Positions 1 through 9,685 of a DNA stretch of 64,000 bases are shown here, piece after piece. The DNA is taken from positions 2,283 to 66,282 of the forward strand of contig CADCGC010000003.1 of the NCBI GenBank assembly GCA_902800905.1, given 5' to 3'. Position numbers and translations under genes: made by a program. The notes beneath the pieces are model-generated. The model searched no databases and was not told the DNA's origin. It saw only the letters and a program-made list of their open reading frames with translations. The first letter of the stretch is position 1; each line of letters starts with the position of its first letter. This DNA is from an uncultured Erysipelotrichaceae bacterium. GTDB lineage: Bacteria; Bacillota_I; Bacilli_A; RFN20; CAG-826.

Positions 1-246
1 TTTAATAACCCAGCAAAGGAGTTTGATGAAAAGCCAAGAAATAACAATCCACGCGATAGCAACAAGAATTCTTGTTAAATATGAAACTCCGTTATCATCT
101 GGAGTAGTAAAAAACGCTCCTATTCTTGCCCAAAACTCTTCCCAAGTCATTGGTGCATCACTAGCTGCGGCTGTAGTTTGTTCCGCAGTTGTGTCTGTAG
201 TAGTTGTATCAGTTGCTGCTCTAAAAATATCAAATAAGTTCATCAT
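1..246 (-). CDS. Partial CDS: N-terminal part of a membrane protein; the gene continues beyond the window start
   Basis: Reverse-strand ATGATG at 246-241 translates to MMNLFDIFRAATDTTTTDTTAEQTTAAASDAPMTWEEFWARIGAFF...ILVAIAWIVISWLFIKLL. This is a low-complexity Thr/Ala linker followed by a clean TM helix. The plus-strand 79-aa ORF at 23..262 is its antisense shadow. Confidence 0.4.
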   Translation of the reverse strand, partial: MMNLFDIFRAATDTTTTDTTAEQTTAAASDAPMTWEEFWARIGAFFTTPDDNGVSYLTRILVAIAWIVISWLFIKLLCWVIK

Positions 247-322
247 AGCGTTATTATTCTAGTAAATAAAAAGAATAATATCTACAACAATTTTAGGCAT
301 ATAATATCTACTGAAGAGGTAA

Positions 323-1633
323 ATGATAATGGAATCAACAAAATTAGGTATTAGAAAATGGCTATCTTTTATCATAGCTGGATTAATCGGCCAATTGGCG
401 TGGGCTATTGAAAATAACTACTTAAATGTCTACGTTTTTGACTGTACAAAAAACTATGACTATATCCCAATCATGGTCGCCTTATCTGCGGTCGCCGCAA
501 CAGTGACCACATTATTAATGGGTGCACTCAGTGATAGACTTGGAAAAAGGAAAATCTTTATTGCTGGAGGATATCTCATTTGGGGTATCACTATCATTTT
601 ATTCGCATTCTTAGATCCTAATAGTAGCGTGAGTTTTGTCGCTCAATCCGCTGCACTAAGTGGAGCGTTCATTGTCGCAATGGATTGCATTATGACTTTC
701 TTTGGAAGCACCGCTAACGATGCAGCGTTTAACGCCTTTGTTACTGATAACACCGAAGAAAACAATAGAGGAAAGGTTGAATCAGTTCTTTCAATTCTTC
801 CATTAATTGCAATGATTGCAGTCGTTCTTCTTCAAGGAATGCTAGTAAGAAAAGTTAGTGAAACAATCAATGATTGGAGTTTGTTCTTCTACGTCTTTGG
901 TGGATTAACATCTCTAGTTGGTATTGTTTGTTTCTTCCTTTTACCACCAGACGTCAAAAAACCAAATAAAGAAGAACCATATTTCAAAAATATCATTTAT
1001 GGATTTAGACCAAGCGTCATCAAAGAAAACCCAAATCTATATATCACCTTGTTTGCTTTCATGATTTTCAGTATTGGCATTCAAGTCTTTATGCCATACT
1101 TTATGGTTTATATTCAAAAAGTATTGAATTTCGACTTAGTGATGTCCGCCGGTCCAATTCTTGGTAGTGCCTGTGTCATTACTGTTGTTGTTGGTGTCTA
1201 TATGGACAAGATTGGCAAATACAAAGTGGTATTTGGTGCTTTAGGCGCAACAATATTAGGCGCGATTCTTTTATTCTTCTTCCAAGAATTAGGTGGAGTT
1301 ATCGCTGGTGGCATCATCCTTATGAGCGGATTCTTATTAGCGACCGCTGTCTTTGGAGCGAAAATCAGAGACTACACTCCAGAAAACGAAGTTGGTTTGT
1401 TCCAAGGAGTAAGAATGATTTTTGCAGTTTTAATTCCAATGGTCACTGGGCCATATATTGGACAAGGTGCTTCCTATATTAATGGAACAATGTATGTTGA
1501 TGATTTTGGTCAAACATCGATTCAACCAAATCAATATATTTTCCTTTTCACTGCGATTGTTATGTTGCTCGTATTCATTCCAATCATCATCTTATTAAGA
1601 AGAGAAAAACAAGATGGAAAACAAGCCGCTTAG
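323..1633 (+). CDS. MFS-type sugar/cation transporter, 12 TM
   Basis: 436-aa polytopic membrane protein with an MFS motif-A-like segment (LSDRLGKRKIFIAG). AGAGG lies 3 nt before the ATG at 323, and a second in-frame ATG at 329 has better spacing. Overlaps the downstream GH2 gene (operon). Confidence 0.6.
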   Translation: MIMESTKLGIRKWLSFIIAGLIGQLAWAIENNYLNVYVFDCTKNYDYIPIMVALSAVAATVTTLLMGALSDRLGKRKIFIAGGYLIWGITIILFAFLDPNSSVSFVAQSAALSGAFIVAMDCIMTFFGSTANDAAFNAFVTDNTEENNRGKVESVLSILPLIAMIAVVLLQGMLVRKVSETINDWSLFFYVFGGLTSLVGIVCFFLLPPDVKKPNKEEPYFKNIIYGFRPSVIKENPNLYITLFAFMIFSIGIQVFMPYFMVYIQKVLNFDLVMSAGPILGSACVITVVVGVYMDKIGKYKVVFGALGATILGAILLFFFQELGGVIAGGIILMSGFLLATAVFGAKIRDYTPENEVGLFQGVRMIFAVLIPMVTGPYIGQGASYINGTMYVDDFGQTSIQPNQYIFLFTAIVMLLVFIPIIILLRREKQDGKQAA

Positions 1634-3287
1634 TGAATATCCTCGCCCTCAGTTATATCGCGTTTCCTACTTATCTTTAAATGGATATTGGGACTATAAA
1701 ATTAGTAAAAACGACTCACTTCCTACAAGTTATGACGGGAAAATACTCGTTCCTTTTTCTCCTGAAACAGAGATAAGTGGAGTTAATAAGGTAGTTAGTC
1801 CAGACGATTATTTGTTTTATCGATTAAACTTCTCTCTTAGTGATTTCACAATCCTTGATAAAGTCATTCTCCATTTTCTAGGAGTAGATCAAATCGCTGA
1901 TATATATCTAAACGGACATTTTTTAGGAAATCACATTGGAGGTTTTCTTCCTTTTGAATTTGAAATTAGTAAATATATCAACACTGATAATAATGAACTA
2001 ATTGTGAGAGTTAGAGACACTACCGATACTTCATATCATTCAAGAGGAAAACAAAGAATTAATAGAGGTGGTATATGGTACACTCCTCAAAGTGGAATAT
2101 ATTTCCCAGTTTGGATTGAAAGCGTTTCCTCTGACTATGTTAAAAATATCAAGATAACTCCAGATATTGATAAAGAAGAAGTTGTTATTAATATTGAAAC
2201 CGACGCAAACGAAGCAGCAATCCATATCTTTGGAATGGATCGACCAATCAATGTTAATAAAGATGTCCACATCAAAGTAAAAGATATGCACTTATGGTCA
2301 CCAGAAGATCCTTATTTATACTTTATAAAAGTAATGACTGAGTCAGATGAAGTCACATCATATTTCGCGATGAGAAAATTCTCGTTAGTGAAAGATCAAA
2401 ACGGAATGACTAGAATCGGATTAAATAATAAACCATATTTCATGAAAGGCATCCTAGATCAAGGATATTATAAAGAAGGCCTATTAACTCCAAGCAGCTA
2501 CGAAGATTATGTCAAAGACATAGAGCTAATTAAATCGCTTGGTTTTAATACGATTAGAAAACACATCAAAATTGAAATTCCACGTTGGTATTTTGAATGT
2601 GATAAAAGAGGAATTATCATCTGGCAAGACTTTGTTAATGGAGGGGAAGAATATAAATTCTCCACTATCGCGTTCCCATTAATCACAGGCGTTCATCACG
2701 ATGACCATAACTATAAGAAGTTTAATAGAGAAAACAAGGAAGGAAGAGAAGAGACTCTTAATGAATTCAAAGAGACTATTAAATATCTTTATAATGTTCC
2801 TTCAATCGCACTGTGGACTATCTTTAATGAAGGATGGGGACAATTTGATAGCAAGGAAGTATATGAAGAGTTAGTAAAACTAGATCCTACAAGATTATTT
2901 GACCATGCTTCTGGATGGCATGACCAAGGAATTAGCGATGTGAAGTCATATCATGTCTATTTTAAAGATTTTAAATTGAAAAAGAATAATTCTTCTCGAG
3001 CAGTTATACTTTCAGAATTCGGAGGATTCGTTCTTCCTATAAACGGACATATGCAAAAAGGTAAAGCGACTTATAAGAGCTTTAAAGATGTAGATAGTTG
3101 GCTAAAACGATATAAGAAGTCCATTGAAGTTGATATTTTGAAAAACATTCCTAATGGATTATCCGCGATGATATACACTCAATTAAGTGATGTTGAAGAC
3201 GAATTAAATGGGTTTGTAACTTTCGATAGAGAGATCATTAAAGTCAATCCAAAATTGATAAAAGAAATCAACGATAACATCAAATGA
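1614..3287 (+). CDS. Glycoside hydrolase family 2-like protein (beta-galactosidase/glucuronidase/mannosidase superfamily)
   Basis: GH2 sugar-binding-domain-like N-terminus (NGYWDYKI, LHFLGVDQIADIYLNGHFLGNH, FEFEIS, VRVRD). TIM-barrel region with WQDF and NEGWG (putative acid/base Glu). TGA stop at 3285-3287. Confidence 0.55.
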   Translation: MENKPLSEYPRPQLYRVSYLSLNGYWDYKISKNDSLPTSYDGKILVPFSPETEISGVNKVVSPDDYLFYRLNFSLSDFTILDKVILHFLGVDQIADIYLNGHFLGNHIGGFLPFEFEISKYINTDNNELIVRVRDTTDTSYHSRGKQRINRGGIWYTPQSGIYFPVWIESVSSDYVKNIKITPDIDKEEVVINIETDANEAAIHIFGMDRPINVNKDVHIKVKDMHLWSPEDPYLYFIKVMTESDEVTSYFAMRKFSLVKDQNGMTRIGLNNKPYFMKGILDQGYYKEGLLTPSSYEDYVKDIELIKSLGFNTIRKHIKIEIPRWYFECDKRGIIIWQDFVNGGEEYKFSTIAFPLITGVHHDDHNYKKFNRENKEGREETLNEFKETIKYLYNVPSIALWTIFNEGWGQFDSKEVYEELVKLDPTRLFDHASGWHDQGISDVKSYHVYFKDFKLKKNNSSRAVILSEFGGFVLPINGHMQKGKATYKSFKDVDSWLKRYKKSIEVDILKNIPNGLSAMIYTQLSDVEDELNGFVTFDREIIKVNPKLIKEINDNIK

Positions 3288-3290
3288 AGA

Positions 3291-3318
3291 AAGTCATATA
3301 TTGACTTTTTTCTTTTTG
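3291..3318 (+). terminator. Rho-independent terminator after the GH2 gene
   Basis: aagtca-tatat-tgactt hairpin followed by a T-run (tttttctttttgg). Confidence 0.6.
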
Positions 3319-3596
3319 GTTATAATATCCTTTCACTAGTTAATCTAGTTGAAAGAGAGAAAAAAACATATGAAAAGACAATCAACGAAGAAATCATTTC
3401 TATCTATTACGGTAAACAAAGAAATGACGCTGATTATCGAATTACTTTAACTCCAACAGAGCATAAATATGTCTCCTTTGAAAAGAAAATAGAGGACAAA
3501 TATGTTTCTCAAGCAATTTATACAGTAGAAGCATAATCAAACCATCAATCAAAAAAAAGACATTGGTTAATATCAATGCCTTTTTATTATGTTTTT

Positions 3597-5045
3597 TTAT
3601 TTTCCTTTAACAGCGAGTTCTACAGCCTTATATCCACCATCATAGATACCTTGCTTTTTGAGTTCTATGATTTGTTTATTAAGGTGAATGAGTAACTCTT
3701 TATCACTTAGGAGTCTATCAAGCATTTCAGTCATGCTCTTCTTATCTGGACATTCAAATGTTGAATCTCCAATTTCTTGAGCGTGAACCGCACCATAGAC
3801 TTCGTGTCCACCAATGTGTTTCATCATTACCTTAACAACTGGATAGAACGCTAATTCACTTGGTTTAGTAATGAGGAATTCAACATGTCTCATTAGTAGG
3901 TTTGTGCTATAAACTGCCTCGAAGATGTTTTTGTGATAGAAGATATGGATACCGGAGACCTTCTCTTTTGCCATTTTATCGACAAATTTCTTTGTCTCAT
4001 CATATCGATCGAAATGGGTTTCACACATATCTTCAAATCCAGGAATTTGTTTTTTGAGATAGTCATACATATCAAGGTGGTCACCTAGATTGATAAATAA
4101 GGCTGCCTTGTTTTCTTTAATAAGAGGGATAAGGTGATTAACGATTTCTAAGAATGATTTAGCACCTGCACCAGCTCCTCCTACAGAAGTAAGGATTCTA
4201 ACTGGCTCACCATTTTCAATTCTTTTAACTCTTGCCTCAACATCTTTTTCAACGTTAGCGACAAGTTCATGGTCGATATAATGACCAACTTCACGTAATT
4301 CGCTTTCAGGAATGCCTTTTAAAGGCTTCTTAGCCATTCCATTAAGCATCTTATAACCAAGATACGCAAATGGGGTTTGTACAGCGTGAATCGCACCTTC
4401 AGAAAGATGCAAGGCCATTGGCCAGTTATCAGGAATTGCATTAACAACATGTGTTAAGCCAGCGTGTACTGCACCTTGGCTTGGCCATACGTGAGTAGCA
4501 ACATATGGAACGTCTTTTGGTAAATCAAAATATAAAGGGGCTAATAATTCAGAATTCTTTTGGTCAACAGAGTTATAGGTAATTTGTCTAAAACCTTCAC
4601 TATTAAGTGGTTCCCAAATAATCGTATTAAAAAGTTTTGATTTTTGAGAGATGCGACTCGCTAAAGAATACATGTCATTTTGTTTACGAATCATCTTGCT
4701 ACCAGTCGCATCAAAACTAGCAAGGTCCATCCAGACTGGTTCATATCCTAATGCTTTCGCGCAGCTCGCTAAAGAAATAGAAATACGGTAGTGACCAAAT
4801 CCCATTCTGATGTTTCCAACCACGACTGCTTTTTTAGGTAGTTCTAATGGCTTATCAGAAAGAACTAAATTTTGAGCACCGATAAAATCTAAAGTTGGAA
4901 TCGGTTCAAGTCCGAGATGATATTCTTTTTGAGTGTCATCACCGAATTCTTTGATGAACTTTTCTTTGCTTTTATTGGCTTTCTTGATAGTCTTTTGATC
5001 AATTTGATTGCCAAAAATGACACTTGATTTGTCTTTAATTTCCAT
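3597..5045 (-). CDS. GT-B fold glycosyltransferase, MGDG-synthase/UgtP (GT28)-like
   Basis: Start trimmed from the track's GTG at 5075 to the ATG at 5045, which has AAGGAGAA 6 nt upstream. N-terminal VVVGNIRMGFGHYRIS resembles the G-x-G-H motif of UgtP/MGDG synthases. C-terminal half has ILTSVGGAGAGAK and ITKPSE (compare UgtP ITKPGG). Family assignment from memory; needs an HMM check. Confidence 0.4.
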   Translation of the reverse strand: MEIKDKSSVIFGNQIDQKTIKKANKSKEKFIKEFGDDTQKEYHLGLEPIPTLDFIGAQNLVLSDKPLELPKKAVVVGNIRMGFGHYRISISLASCAKALGYEPVWMDLASFDATGSKMIRKQNDMYSLASRISQKSKLFNTIIWEPLNSEGFRQITYNSVDQKNSELLAPLYFDLPKDVPYVATHVWPSQGAVHAGLTHVVNAIPDNWPMALHLSEGAIHAVQTPFAYLGYKMLNGMAKKPLKGIPESELREVGHYIDHELVANVEKDVEARVKRIENGEPVRILTSVGGAGAGAKSFLEIVNHLIPLIKENKAALFINLGDHLDMYDYLKKQIPGFEDMCETHFDRYDETKKFVDKMAKEKVSGIHIFYHKNIFEAVYSTNLLMRHVEFLITKPSELAFYPVVKVMMKHIGGHEVYGAVHAQEIGDSTFECPDKKSMTEMLDRLLSDKELLIHLNKQIIELKKQGIYDGGYKAVELAVKGK

Positions 5046-5067
5046 TTGGTTCTCCTTTAGATAAAAT

Positions 5068-5092
5068 GACCCCACTAGATTTTAGCGGGGTC
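5068..5092 (-). terminator. Intercistronic hairpin (attenuator or partial terminator) between the GPH transporter and the GT28-like gene
   Basis: gacccc-N13-ggggtc inverted repeat lying between the transporter stop (5106) and the glycosyltransferase ATG (5045). The downstream U-tract is weak (auuuuau). Confidence 0.35.
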
Positions 5093-5105
5093 AATAAATA
5101 ATTAA

Positions 5106-6812
5106 TTATTCAGCAGGTTGTTCACTAGCTGGTTGTTGTTCTGCTGCTTCGAAATCTTTCTTATGTCTTTCTTCAAGAGCATCGACGATTTCTTGATGCT
5201 TTTCTTCAGTAATTGTGTAACCAAAGTGCATGAGTAACCAAGAAGCAACAACAGCACCAACTAAGATAATAACAATTAAGATACCTGCAATTCTTAAGGC
5301 ATCTGCAGTCGCCATATTCTTAGCGGCAATAACATCATCAACGAATTGTTCGTCGAAATATGTTGGATCTGTTAAATGAGACGCTGTATTGATATTGTGT
5401 GCGTTTTCAGCATCACTAATCGCGGTAACAGCTGGCATTAATCCTGCCACTAAGAAGATTAAATATTGGAATCCTCTTAATAAAGCAGAGGATAATTTAA
5501 CATCTAACGGTCTCCAAGCAGAGATAATGGATTCTTTTCTTTCGCCATATTGGTATTCATTATAATCGATAGCGTCTTGGAACATAACCATGACAACGAG
5601 GTACATCATACCCATGCCGAAGAAGAAGATGAATGGGAATAAGTAGTACATAAACATTGTGCCACCGAAAGCCCAACCTAAATCCATATCAAAGAATTTG
5701 GTCTTATCTGCTAAGTCTGCTATTTCGTTATATGCGACTGGGTGTTCTCCAAATAGAGGAATACAGCAGAGGAAGAATCCTGCGAATCCGACCATTTGAA
5801 CAATAAATGAAATTGTTAAGATTTTTTGTTTTGATAATTTTTTTGCAATCATTGGATATAAAGCTTGAGATGAGACCATCGCAAGAACGTACATGACAGA
5901 GATAATTGTAGAAACAAGTCCACCTCTACCAGAACCATATCCTAAGGATAAATAGAAGTAGTTAAGTCCAATACCACCGGTAAGAACCCCACTAGCTAAG
6001 TAATATAAGAACATTGAGATAATCGCAACTCTAAGTTCTTTGTTCTTTCCAAAGACTTTGAATAAGTCAAGGAAGTGTGTTTTTTCACTAACATCAACTT
6101 GGTTTGGATCTTCTTTTCTTTCCTTGCAGAAGAGGAAGACCGCTAATTGGGATAGCAAGAATAGTACCGCTATCACAATAGAAAGAATCATGTACATTTG
6201 TGCAGAAGAAATGTTACTGAACATTGTTGGAAGTAACATACAACCAGCGGTCATTAAGAAACCACCGATAGAAGCACAAACAGTCATTCTTGAAGTAATG
6301 GATGCTCTTTCGTGTTCATCATTTGTTAATGATGGAAGCATTGACCAATAACCAATATCGTTAACTGTGAAGAATAAATCCCATAAGAAATAGAAAGCAA
6401 TCATAACGCCGACAAATGCCCAGCCATTAGCTGAACCATCTGCAAATGTTGGTCTAATAAGGAACATACAGACAACTGCAACTGCATTGCCGATAGCGCC
6501 AAATAAGATCCATGGTTTGAATTTGCCTAAATTCTTGAAACGGAATTTTTCAACAATAAAGCCCATGATTGGGTCATTAATACCATCCCAAATAAGAGCG
6601 ACAATCATCGCAATGGTAATAACACCATATTGTGCTTTAAAAGTAGCAGGATCTGAACTCAAAACACCACTGTTAATAGCGTATTGAAGTAAGAAAGAGC
6701 CTACTAAGGCATAACAGGCATCTCTAAAAATACCTGATAATGGGAAGAGCCACTTTGTAAGTTTAGGAATTTTGTTTCCTTCATATGTGGCGTTTACATT
6801 TAAAAAGCCCAT
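5106..6812 (-). CDS. GPH-family glycoside/cation symporter with a ~90-aa charged C-terminal tail
   Basis: 568 aa. GPH signature region DIGYWSMLPSLTNDEHERASITSRM. 12 TM. AAGGAGAAA RBS. Acidic/Gln-rich C-terminal extension (…EERHKKDFEAAEQQPASEQPAE). Confidence 0.7.
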   Translation of the reverse strand: MGFLNVNATYEGNKIPKLTKWLFPLSGIFRDACYALVGSFLLQYAINSGVLSSDPATFKAQYGVITIAMIVALIWDGINDPIMGFIVEKFRFKNLGKFKPWILFGAIGNAVAVVCMFLIRPTFADGSANGWAFVGVMIAFYFLWDLFFTVNDIGYWSMLPSLTNDEHERASITSRMTVCASIGGFLMTAGCMLLPTMFSNISSAQMYMILSIVIAVLFLLSQLAVFLFCKERKEDPNQVDVSEKTHFLDLFKVFGKNKELRVAIISMFLYYLASGVLTGGIGLNYFYLSLGYGSGRGGLVSTIISVMYVLAMVSSQALYPMIAKKLSKQKILTISFIVQMVGFAGFFLCCIPLFGEHPVAYNEIADLADKTKFFDMDLGWAFGGTMFMYYLFPFIFFFGMGMMYLVVMVMFQDAIDYNEYQYGERKESIISAWRPLDVKLSSALLRGFQYLIFLVAGLMPAVTAISDAENAHNINTASHLTDPTYFDEQFVDDVIAAKNMATADALRIAGILIVIILVGAVVASWLLMHFGYTITEEKHQEIVDALEERHKKDFEAAEQQPASEQPAE

Positions 6813-6952
6813 TTAAGTTTCTCCTTTATGAAATAAATGCATATAGATTGTATATGATTATTAGACTTTAAACAATGAATAAAAATATTCATACGATTTA
6901 TAACCAATAAAAAAATCGCGACTAAATCGCGACTTTTTAATTTTATTATCAT

Positions 6953-8122
6953 TTAGAATTTATATAGGGTTTTTGGTCCATCTTCTCTAATGAAGATTTC
7001 AACAACGTTCTCATTACCGTACTTTTTCTTAAGCTTTGACATTGCTGTTTTTAAGTATTTAGTAGGAATAATTGAGATAACACTTCCCGCAAAACCTCCA
7101 CCATTGATTTTTACAGCGCCATGGTTTTCAGTTGCTTCCATAACTAAGTCACAAGCTTCAAGAGGGCTTCCTTCATATTGATTACCAACCATCATGTTTT
7201 TGAGGTTGTTTGTTGATGATAATCTTGATTCATTTATTGCATCTAAGAAGGCTTGTTCGTTTTCTTCTTTAAGAGCATTTATGGCGTTTCTTACGCGTAA
7301 ATTCTCACTATAGAAGTGTTTAGCACGTAGATATTGCATCTCTGTTAGATTAGGTTTTGCTTCTTCCAATTCTTGTTCTGATGCATCCGCTAAAAAGCGT
7401 TGTTTCATCTCATTAGCAGCAGCGTACATATCTTGAGGGATAGAAGAATATAAATCGCTTAGTGATGAATGGTCTCCACCAGTGTTAACAATTACGAAAT
7501 GTAAATCTTTGAATGGGAACTTAATTTGTTCAACTTCTGGATTCTCAATATTCTTGAAGTCAATCTTAACTATTCCACCATAACCGACACCAATTTGATC
7601 AAGGAGTCCACTCTTCTTGCCAAAATATTCGTTTTCGGCATATTGCCCAGCTTTACATAAAACGAGATTTGGAATCTTTCCTTCATTAAAGAGGACATTA
7701 TAAATATGACCAACTAATAGTTCAAAAGCAGCGGAAGATGATACACCTGCTCCTCTAAAGACTGTTGATATGGTGTAAGCGTTAAACCCACCAATTTTAT
7801 ATCCTTTATTATTTAAATAGTAAGCAATGCCACGAATTAAAGCTTCACTACGTTCTTTTTCACCATCAACAACATCAAGATTTGATAAGTCGACTTCGTT
7901 TTCTTGATAGCCTAAAGATTTTAAAACCACTTTCTTATCTTTTCTTCTTCTAACTGCAGCAACGATTTCAAGATTACACGCTGAAGCCAAACATAAACCG
8001 TGATTGTGGTCTGTGTGATTGCCCAAGATTTCAAATCTTCCACCACAAGAGCAAACGATTTCTGGATCTTCGTTATGATAAACTTTGTAGTTATTAATTA
8101 GGTTTTTGATGTTCTCTTCCAT
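6953..8122 (-). CDS. galK: Galactokinase-family GHMP kinase
   Basis: GalK signature GGRFEILGNHTDHNHG (compare GRVNLIGEHTDYN). GHMP ATP-binding motif GAGVSSSAAF. 389 aa. Lies next to an aldose 1-epimerase gene. Confidence 0.55.
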   Translation of the reverse strand: MEENIKNLINNYKVYHNEDPEIVCSCGGRFEILGNHTDHNHGLCLASACNLEIVAAVRRRKDKKVVLKSLGYQENEVDLSNLDVVDGEKERSEALIRGIAYYLNNKGYKIGGFNAYTISTVFRGAGVSSSAAFELLVGHIYNVLFNEGKIPNLVLCKAGQYAENEYFGKKSGLLDQIGVGYGGIVKIDFKNIENPEVEQIKFPFKDLHFVIVNTGGDHSSLSDLYSSIPQDMYAAANEMKQRFLADASEQELEEAKPNLTEMQYLRAKHFYSENLRVRNAINALKEENEQAFLDAINESRLSSTNNLKNMMVGNQYEGSPLEACDLVMEATENHGAVKINGGGFAGSVISIIPTKYLKTAMSKLKKKYGNENVVEIFIREDGPKTLYKF

Positions 8123-8127
8123 ATCTC

Positions 8128-9111
8128 TTATTCCTTAACTTTAAATATGTATTTAGTAGTTCTTGTATATAGTGTATCTTTTTTTAAAAGATGTAAAGAT
8201 TTGAATGAATCACTAGGTTCAATAGCCACACTATCGAATAATCCATTTGTGTCTGGGTATAATTCTACCTTTGGATCAAATCCTGAGGTGTAGATTTGAA
8301 CTCCAGAAAAATTAGTGTATATATCCATTTGGAATTTTGCGTTACTCAAACTCAACACTTTGTTTGATAAGCTATTGTTTTCAAAATAGAAGTAATGGTC
8401 ATAGCCGTTTAATCTAGTTGAATGTAATGAATCATCCTCTATGTCTGCACATATCTTTTTTGGAGTCCTAAAATCCAAAGCTTTTGAAACAAACTTACGT
8501 TCAGTTGCTAAAAGGGTTTCCGGATCAGTTTTTAAGTAGTTATTTGAATCAATCCAAAGAGTTAATCCTTTAATTGATTTGCATCCTAATGTGAAATATG
8601 AATGATTGCATAAAGACAGCACTGTATCCATATCACTAACCGCGTTATATTCGATATCTATTTCATTAGAATTAACGTAAACAATGTATTTAACTTCAAC
8701 GTTCAAATTTCCAGGATAACCATCCTCTAAATGTTTAACAATATGAGAATAAATGATTTCTATTTTTTCATTATCTTTCACGACATTTACATCAAATAAT
8801 GCGTAAGAAAGCCCATATTTGCCTCCATGAAGAATATTGTTTCCTTCGTTTGGTTCTAATTCATATCGATAGCCATTAAGAATGAAGGCGTGACCTTTCA
8901 TACGGTTAGACACTCTTCCGATAGTCTTTCCATAGTAAACGGTTGGATTATAAAAATCATTCACATACTTAACATTTCTAGTTAGTACATATCCGTCATA
9001 GTTTATCTTAAAGATAGACGCTCCAAGGTTAGCGAAAACAACCTTAAGATTTTTATCGTTAGTGACTTCAGTAAATAATATGTTTTCTTTGGAATAACTT
9101 CTTATGTTCAT
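8128..9111 (-). CDS. galM: Aldose 1-epimerase (galactose mutarotase)
   Basis: Aldose_epim motifs GRVSNRM, ILNGYRYEL, NILHGG. 327 aa. 5-bp gap to galK. Confidence 0.6.
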   Translation of the reverse strand: MNIRSYSKENILFTEVTNDKNLKVVFANLGASIFKINYDGYVLTRNVKYVNDFYNPTVYYGKTIGRVSNRMKGHAFILNGYRYELEPNEGNNILHGGKYGLSYALFDVNVVKDNEKIEIIYSHIVKHLEDGYPGNLNVEVKYIVYVNSNEIDIEYNAVSDMDTVLSLCNHSYFTLGCKSIKGLTLWIDSNNYLKTDPETLLATERKFVSKALDFRTPKKICADIEDDSLHSTRLNGYDHYFYFENNSLSNKVLSLSNAKFQMDIYTNFSGVQIYTSGFDPKVELYPDTNGLFDSVAIEPSDSFKSLHLLKKDTLYTRTTKYIFKVKE

Positions 9112-9113
9112 AA

Positions 9114-9674
9114 CTATTTGATGTATTTTCTTCCGTCTTTAAATGCTTGGCCAACTTTTTCACCAACCACATAGTAGCCGTGATTAAATGGGTCATAGGA
9201 AATAACTCTCATCTTAGCTAAATCAACGTTGCCTTTGTCGTCCACAAACTCTTCATCAACAGATAAACGAACGATTTCGCCTAAAACTCCATACTCTCCT
9301 TGGAATTCAATATCCTTACATTCCATACAAATTGGGAAATCATCAAGAATAGGAGCATCGATTAAATCAGACTTATGAGCTTTTAAACCAGTTCTTTTAA
9401 ATTTGTCTTTGACTTTATCACCTGACACTAAGCCGACATAATCGGCTTCTGCAATATGGTCAGCAGTTGCAACTGTAACTGTGAAGCAACCTGTTCTTCT
9501 AATATTCTTGGTAGTTCTATGACTTTCACTAATATTTAATTGAATTTGATGTAAGTCATATGCACATCCCCATGCAGCGTTCATAACATCAATCGTACCA
9601 TCCTCATTATAAGTAGCAATAAGAATGACTGGCATTGGAAATATAGCAGGGCAAATCTTTAATTGTTTCTTCAT
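9114..9674 (-). CDS. Flavin reductase-like (FMN-binding split-barrel) protein
   Basis: 186 aa. N-terminal ICPAIFPMPVILIATYNEDGTIDVMNAAWG is typical of the flavin-reductase-like domain. Strong RBS AAGGAGAAA. Confidence 0.6.
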   Translation of the reverse strand: MKKQLKICPAIFPMPVILIATYNEDGTIDVMNAAWGCAYDLHQIQLNISESHRTTKNIRRTGCFTVTVATADHIAEADYVGLVSGDKVKDKFKRTGLKAHKSDLIDAPILDDFPICMECKDIEFQGEYGVLGEIVRLSVDEEFVDDKGNVDLAKMRVISYDPFNHGYYVVGEKVGQAFKDGRKYIK

Positions 9675-9685
9675 TTTGTTTCTCC

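Noticed and set aside
23-262. 79-aa plus-strand ORF at the window start
   Set aside because: It is the antisense shadow of a better minus-strand partial CDS (1-246), which has a clean TM helix, and no RBS is evident for it.
2040-2291. Short antisense ORFs inside long genes (examples: 2040-2291, 3893-4084, 6040-6351, 6487-6687, 6990-7181, 9930-10130, 10525-10888, 11422-11610, 11952-12143, 12261-12488, 12782-12976, 13309-13569, 13822-14118, 14245-14593, 14925-15266, 15660-16114, 16448-16908, 17582-17824, 18436-18954, 20346-20752, 21516-21755, 22202-22399, 22739-22969, 23968-24321, 27424-27621, 28003-28191, 28906-29136, 32926-33144, 34222-35359, 36322-36513, 40701-40931, 43542-43790, 45986-46174, 46303-46488, 46639-46968, 47523-47735, 47822-48031, 50145-50369, 50797-50988, 51376-51633, 52135-52362, 55706-55891, 56441-56677, 56877-57098, 57285-57506, 59800-60096, 60401-60682)
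   Set aside because: Each lies within or opposite a longer ORF that has clear homology-type motifs. They are low-complexity, AT-rich-genome shadow ORFs without RBSs.
3361-3441. 26-aa ORF (MKRQSTKKSFLSITVNKEMTLIIELL) in the 300-bp gap after the GH2 gene
   Set aside because: Possible leader or small peptide with a weak AGAGAG RBS, but there is no conservation evidence and it could equally be non-coding spacer.
3597-5045. Idea that the 482-aa protein is the type-2 GalT (galactose-1-P uridylyltransferase) of the gal operon
   Set aside because: The size fits, but no His-Pro-His or UDP-hexose transferase motifs are present. N- and C-terminal motifs fit a GT-B (UgtP/MGDG synthase-like) glycosyltransferase better.
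5046-5075. ORF-track N-terminal extensions that begin at GTG/TTG (5075 GT28-like; 10840 C-S lyase; 13949 hypB-2; 20149 ttcA; 42317 acyltransferase; 32690 membrane protein; 46622 secreted protein; 59501 anchored protein)
   Set aside because: In each case the first in-frame ATG downstream has a better Shine-Dalgarno and/or avoids overlap with a divergent gene or terminator hairpin, so the coordinates were trimmed. The STAND gene at 42298 (GTG) was kept, because trimming would delete the conserved first strand of its N-terminal domain.
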